Below are positions 58,357 through 64,000 of a stretch of DNA of 64,000 nt, piece after piece. This stretch comes from Eledone cirrhosa (taxonomy: Eukaryota): NCBI GenBank assembly GCA_964016885.1, contig OZ024752.1, positions 45,756,001-45,820,000 on the forward strand, in the 5' to 3' direction. Below the pieces are notes generated by a model. The model searched no databases, was not told the origin of the DNA, and worked only from the letters and a program-made list of their open reading frames with translations. The position numbers were made by a program, and so were the translations under genes. Position 1 is the stretch's first letter. Each line of letters starts with the position of its first letter.

Positions 58357-58857
58357 ACAAGGAGAAAGAGTCGATTATTAGGAAGAAAAATATATTTTTT
58401 TACTTTTTTGTTTCTCTCTCTCTCTTTTCTGGGTTAGAAAATGATTAAAACGAAATGTTTTACTTTGTGTGAAGTGTTAAGGTATTAGTTGATTTATTTA
58501 TTATTTAACAATGGCATTTATTTATCTATTTATATATTTAATAATTGCCTATTACCGGTTTCAGCATTTTTATGCATTATCAAATGATAGTGAAATGTAT
58601 TGGTGTGGTGTGGCACATGTTAAAGAGAAGGTGCAGAAAGAATAATGTTATTTACAAACAAGGTTTATGAAGTGAAAAGAAAAAAGAAAAAAACCGCGCA
58701 TAATGTAGAGCATAAAAAGTCAATGTGGAAGAAAAAATAATGTTATTTACAGGCTTAGTTCTTGAAGTTAAGCAGATGAAAATGTGTTAATATAGCAAGA
58801 GTGGTTAGTTGATCCATGATTCCATGATGGAGGCAAATGGTATATGTATATATATAT

Positions 58858-59119
<262 letters not shown>

Positions 59120-59384
59120 GGATTTCTTCGTTTATATAGTTATTAAATTATTAAAACAATGAGAAGACTAAAACCAACGGATGTTTAATTCGTATCAAAC
59201 ATGGCGGAAAAGATAGATTTTAAAATATTTCATAAAAGTCAAAGTTGAAATAAAACTTCAAATTAAAAATAAGAAAATTCTTTGTAACGTAGTTTTATTT
59301 TAAATATTCAATTATCTTTGTATGCCTTGCTTGGTTTTTTGGTATCTGTTTTCTTTCTGTTTGTTTCTCAACTATAAGAAGTAT

Positions 59385-59648
59385 CAGATATTTCACCTCG
59401 TCTGTCACGGCTTACTAGTTCTATACGGACGTTGTAAGATAAGCAGTGATGGTCATGTCATCGTAGGAAGACCAAATATTTCACCTAGTCTGCCATGGCT
59501 TACTAGTTCTATACGGACGTTGTAAGATAAGCAGTGATGGTCATGTCATCGTAGGAAGACCAGATATTTCACCTAGTCTGCCATGGCTTACTAGTTCTAT
59601 ACGGACGTTGTAAGATAAGCAGTGATGGTCATGTCATCGTAGGAAGAA
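59385..59648. repeat. 88-bp tandem repeat, 3 copies
   Basis: GGCTTACTAGTTCTATACGGACGTTGTAAGATAAGCAGTGATGGTCATG recurs every 88 bp. Confidence 0.95.
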
Positions 59649-59732
59649 CACTTTTTAAATGTTACTTGTTGAGGTACTTTAGATGTCAAGATTAATGCAG
59701 AGTCAATCCTACTCCGGTCCTACTGCCCTCTC

Positions 59733-59835
59733 GTCTGGTCTGGTCTGGTCTGGTCTGGCCTGGCCTGGCCTGGCCTGGTCTTGTCTGGCCTGGTCTTGTC
59801 TGGTCTGGTCTGGTCTCGTCTGGTCTGGTCTGGTC
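59733..59835. repeat. (TCTGG/CCTGG)n pentanucleotide repeat
   Basis: Directly visible. Confidence 0.9.
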
Positions 59836-59934
59836 TTACTCCCAGTTAAATAGTAAAGTCTTCTAACATATATTGCAGCGAACCGCTGATAAAATGAAAG
59901 AAGAATAGAACGGTAGACTGTGATAGTACAGTAG

Positions 59935-60172
59935 ACTAAAGTCTGTCTTAAGCCAAGAAGGCTCATTTGGCCGGTGCTTAGGGCAGAGAGTACAAGACTT
60001 CCCTACACGACTTCCCCCTGGACACGACGCCAGTCCATTGCAGGGTTAAACTCCCAGATATTGCTGGTACTCATTTACAGCTGAGAATACTGGAGCAACG
60101 TGAAACCCAGGAATCGAACTCACGACATTATGATCGTAAGTCCAACACCCTTACCACTAGGCCACGTGCCTC
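59935..60172 (-). mobile_element. Internally deleted SINE (second family)
   Basis: Collinear with 30400-30706; flanked by direct repeats ATAGTACAGTAGACTAA. Confidence 0.8.
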
Positions 60173-60349
60173 CACCAAATAGTACAGTAGACTAATAGAA
60201 CAGTAGACTATGATAAATAGTATTGGGTTCATATATAGGGGAGGTCAGGCTGAATAAAATGGTAATATTAATTATTCCATTATACTCTGTGGGCTGGAGG
60301 AGGGAGGGGGGAGGGGTGCGTCTGAGTGTGTAAGTGTGTAGGGAGCGTA

Positions 60350-61186
60350 AGAGTGTGTGTGTGTGTGTATGTATGTATGTGTATGTATGTATGTGTATGT
60401 ATGTATGTGTATGTATGTGTATGTATGTGTGTGTATGTATGTATGTATGTGTATGTATGTATGTGTATGTATGTATGTGTATGTATGTGTATGTATGTAT
60501 GTATGTGTATGTATGTATGTGTATGTATGTATGTGTATGTATGTATGTATGTGTATGTATGTGTATGTATGTATGTGTATGTATGTATGTGTATGTATGT
60601 ATGTGTATGTATGTGTATGTATGTATGTGTATGTATGTATGTGTATGTATGTATGTGTATGTATGTATGTGTATGTATGTGTATGTATGTATGTGTATGT
60701 ATGTATGTATGTGTATGTATGTATGTGCATGTATGTATGTGTATGTATGTATGTGTATGTATGTATGTGTATGTATGTGTATGTATGTATGTATGTGTAT
60801 GTATGTATGTGTATGTATGTGTGTGTATGTATGTGTATGTATGTATGTATGTATGTGTATGTATGTGTATGTATGTATGTGTATGTATGTATGTATGTAT
60901 GTGTATGTATGTATGTGTATGTATGTGTATGTATGTATGTGTATGTATGTATGTGTATGTATGTATGTGTATGTATGTATGTGTATGTATGTGTATGTAT
61001 GTATGTGTATGTATGTATGTATGTGTATGTATGTATGTGCATGTATGTATGTGTATGTATGTGTATGTGTGTATGTATGTGTATGTATGTATGTATGTAT
61101 GTATGTGTATGTATGTATGTGTATGTATGTGTGTGTATGTATGTATGTATGTGTATGTATGTGTATGTATGTGTATGTATGTATGT
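60350..61186. repeat. (TATG/TG)n microsatellite
   Basis: Directly visible. Confidence 0.95.
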
Positions 61187-61910
61187 GGTCTGGTGTGGTA
61201 TATATATGTTTGCTTGTGCATCTGTGTTTGTGATGGCGTGTGTGTGTGTGTGTGTGTGTGTAAGTGTGTGTGTGTGTATGTGTGTAAGTGTGTGTGTGTG
61301 TATGTGTGTGTATGTAAGTGTGTGTGTCTGTAAGTGTGTATGTGTGTGTGTGTCATCACTCGTTTCGATTAGTTTTCAATTCATTAATCTCTTAATTCAG
61401 CCATATCTAACTAACCAGTAGGGAGGGGGAGAAACACACACACAGCTACACACATACAGCTACATATATACACACATACACATACACATACACACATACA
61501 CATACACACATACAGCTACACACATCTACACATACACATACATCTACACACACACACACAGTTATACACATACACACACACATACACACAGCTACACACA
61601 CACATCTACACACATACACACAGTTACACACATCTACACACACACACACACACAGTTATACACATACACACAGCTACACACATCTACACACATACACACA
61701 GCTACACGCATACACACACACATACACAGCTACACACATACACACACACATACACACACACATACAGCTACACACACACACAACTACACACATACCCACA
61801 CACACAGCTACACACACACACACACATACACACATACACACATCTACACAGTTACACACTCACACACATCTACTCACCTATTCCTTAGAAAATATAGACA
61901 TTGCCTGATT

Positions 61911-62398
61911 AATGGTTTCTGATTTAGGGACAAGACCAGCAATTTTAGGTGAAGAGGGGAAGTCAACCTCAGTACATTACTGGTACTTTATTTTATCGAC
62001 CCTGTAAGGATGAAAGGCAAAGTTAATTAAATCGACCCAGTGCATTACTGGTATTTTATTGTATCGACTCCGTAAAGATGAAAGGCAAAGTTAACCTCTG
62101 CGAGATTTGAACTTAATACGTAAAGGGCCATAACTCTATGCCCCGCATCTTGGTGTCCGACGCTCTACCGATTACTGCCAATCCACTGCCCTATAAATTA
62201 ATATAGAATAATTGTTTCTACTTTTGGCACAAGGCCAGCAATTATCCCCCAGTGTATTACTGGTATTTTATTTTATCGACCCCGTAAGGATGAAAGGCAA
62301 AGTTAACCTCGGCGGGGTTTGAACTCAGATCATAAAGGGCCGTAACTCTTTGCTGCAAAACATGGCGTCCGACCCTCTACTGGTACTACCAATCCACA
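61911..62398 (-). mobile_element. Two tandem major-family SINEs (61911-62191 with internal duplication, 62208-62398)
   Basis: Reverse-complement consensus matches. Confidence 0.88.
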
Positions 62399-62488
62399 AT
62401 AATGATTTCTGGGGGACAGTGTATAAAATATATTGGGGATAAAAAAAGATAGATAGACAGATAGAGAGAGAAAGAGAGAGAAAGAGAG

Positions 62489-62612
<124 letters not shown>

Positions 62613-62944
62613 GGAGAGAGAGAGAGAGATATTATATCCAATCAACACTAGTTATAAATCTATCGTATTACAGCTAGACATCGCAGTTGACAATCATAGA
62701 TTACAACGACGTTTGTATATATGTGATTTCACACGCGCCCTTATATACACATGTATGCATATATTTGTTGTAGGAGACGGGTGAACTATTCTATTGGTGA
62801 CCTCTATAATATCAAGTTGTCACTGATAACGAGGACGCTATGTTTGACCTTACTTATACAACATTTACCGGGTCTCACTGCTCGAAATGGTCGCAAGGTT
62901 ACCTTCCAGCTGATATGTCTTTTCTGTTTTTATGAAATATAGTC

Positions 62945-63400
62945 TCGACATATCTCTGAATATCTTCCCGTTCCGCGGTGGCAAACCCCAAGTCTTGGAT
63001 GCCACTTGCACCGACACTTTCTGCAGCCGCAACCTGGTGCAGTCTGCGACTAAGCCAGGTTCTGCTGCACGTTGGGCTGAGGAGGCCACACTCTTCAAAT
63101 ACCTGTCACTTTCAGACAGGTTCGCGGTTGTGCCCTTGGCAGTGGAGACTTCTGGTGTCCTTGGCCCTAGGACTACCTCCCTACTCACCACCATAGGCGC
63201 TGAGCTGGCCAGCCCTAGCAGTGGAGACTTCTGGTGTCCTTGGCCCTAGGACTACCTCCCTACTCACCACCATAGGCGCTGAGCCGGCCAGCCGCAGGTA
63301 TGAGCCTCGCGAGTTGGAGTGGCTTTTCCAGCGGGTCTCCCTTGCCGTCCTCCGGGGAAACACCTTCTCCATTCTGTCTGTCGGAGCTGTGGGGGAGACA
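62945..63400 (+). mobile_element. CRE-like non-LTR retrotransposon 3' fragment (restriction-like endonuclease), frameshifted by a 79-bp tandem duplication
   Basis: Translates as LDATCTDTF...AARWAEEATLFKY...VPLAVETSGVLG...LFQRVSLAVLRGN, matching the D.T / AE..K..KY / P.A.ET.G / QR.S....RGN pattern of RLE domains. Confidence 0.85.
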
Positions 63401-63781
63401 AGACGATCATATTACGAATTCTGTTAAATAGTCCTATATATTGTTATATATCTATGTGGTGGTTATATGTATGTATGTAGATTATACACATATATACACA
63501 CCCTAACTCTAAAGAACTCTAAGCAACAAGAGTCTCGACATATATATAGTTACTGTTTGATAAGATAAACCTCCTGCTGTTTATTGAACTGTGACTCCTG
63601 GACAATAGCTGGGTGTGGTTCTTAGCTGGTGTTTTGTTTTATTAGTAACATTAGAACTGTCACCTTTATCTGTTTATCACTCGAGGTTTGCGCGAATCGA
63701 GGAGAATTTTTATTGACGCGTGATTATCAGTTTACATCAAGTATTTTGCTCATTTGTAAGAAACACGTGTTCTGTTTACTG

Positions 63782-63962
63782 TAATTGTTTCTACTTTTGG
63801 CACAAGGCCAGCAATTATCCCAGTGTATTACTGGTACTTTATTTTATCGACCTCGAAAGGATGAAATGCAAAGTTGACCTCGGCGGGATTTGAACTCAGA
63901 TAGCAGAGAACCAGAACGAATGCCATAAAGTATTCTATCTGACGTTCTAACCTCTCTGCCAA
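63782..63962 (-). mobile_element. tRNA-derived SINE (major family, variant head)
   Basis: Reverse-complement match. Its head (TGGCAGAGAGGTTAGAACGTCAGATAGAA) matches the 29-bp unit at 54515-55100. Confidence 0.85.
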
Positions 63963-64000
63963 TATAATAATAATAATAATGAAATTATTGTGTACAGTGC

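Noticed and set aside
57209-58360. METWRDG / SMFPSLHV repeat ORFs of 270-420 aa
   Set aside because: A 16-bp minisatellite is open in nearly all frames on both strands, and the unit is not a multiple of 3.

Overview
AT-rich eukaryotic DNA, intergenic or intronic, and very dense in microsatellites. The SINE families and (TA)n/(CA)n load resemble octopus (cephalopod) genomes; this is an inference. I found no intact protein-coding gene, tRNA, rRNA or CRISPR array, and almost all ORFs in the track are translated simple repeats. Recognisable content: many tRNA-derived SINE copies, non-LTR retrotransposon fragments (RTE-like RT C-terminus, two CRE-like restriction-like-endonuclease fragments, a Tx1/L1-like 3' end), several MITEs, minisatellites and fold-back palindromes. 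The main hidden signal is a set of short, mostly (TA)n-associated repeats from about six sequence families that fold by eye into complete or partial type I hammerhead ribozymes (stem I-CUGANGA-stem II-GAAA-stem III-NUH). One family shows stem I covariation between copies, several have unusual cores or a large stem II domain, and many form head-to-head palindromes. They most likely derive from Penelope-like element terminal repeats. All structures were assigned by manual pairing and none was tested computationally or experimentally.
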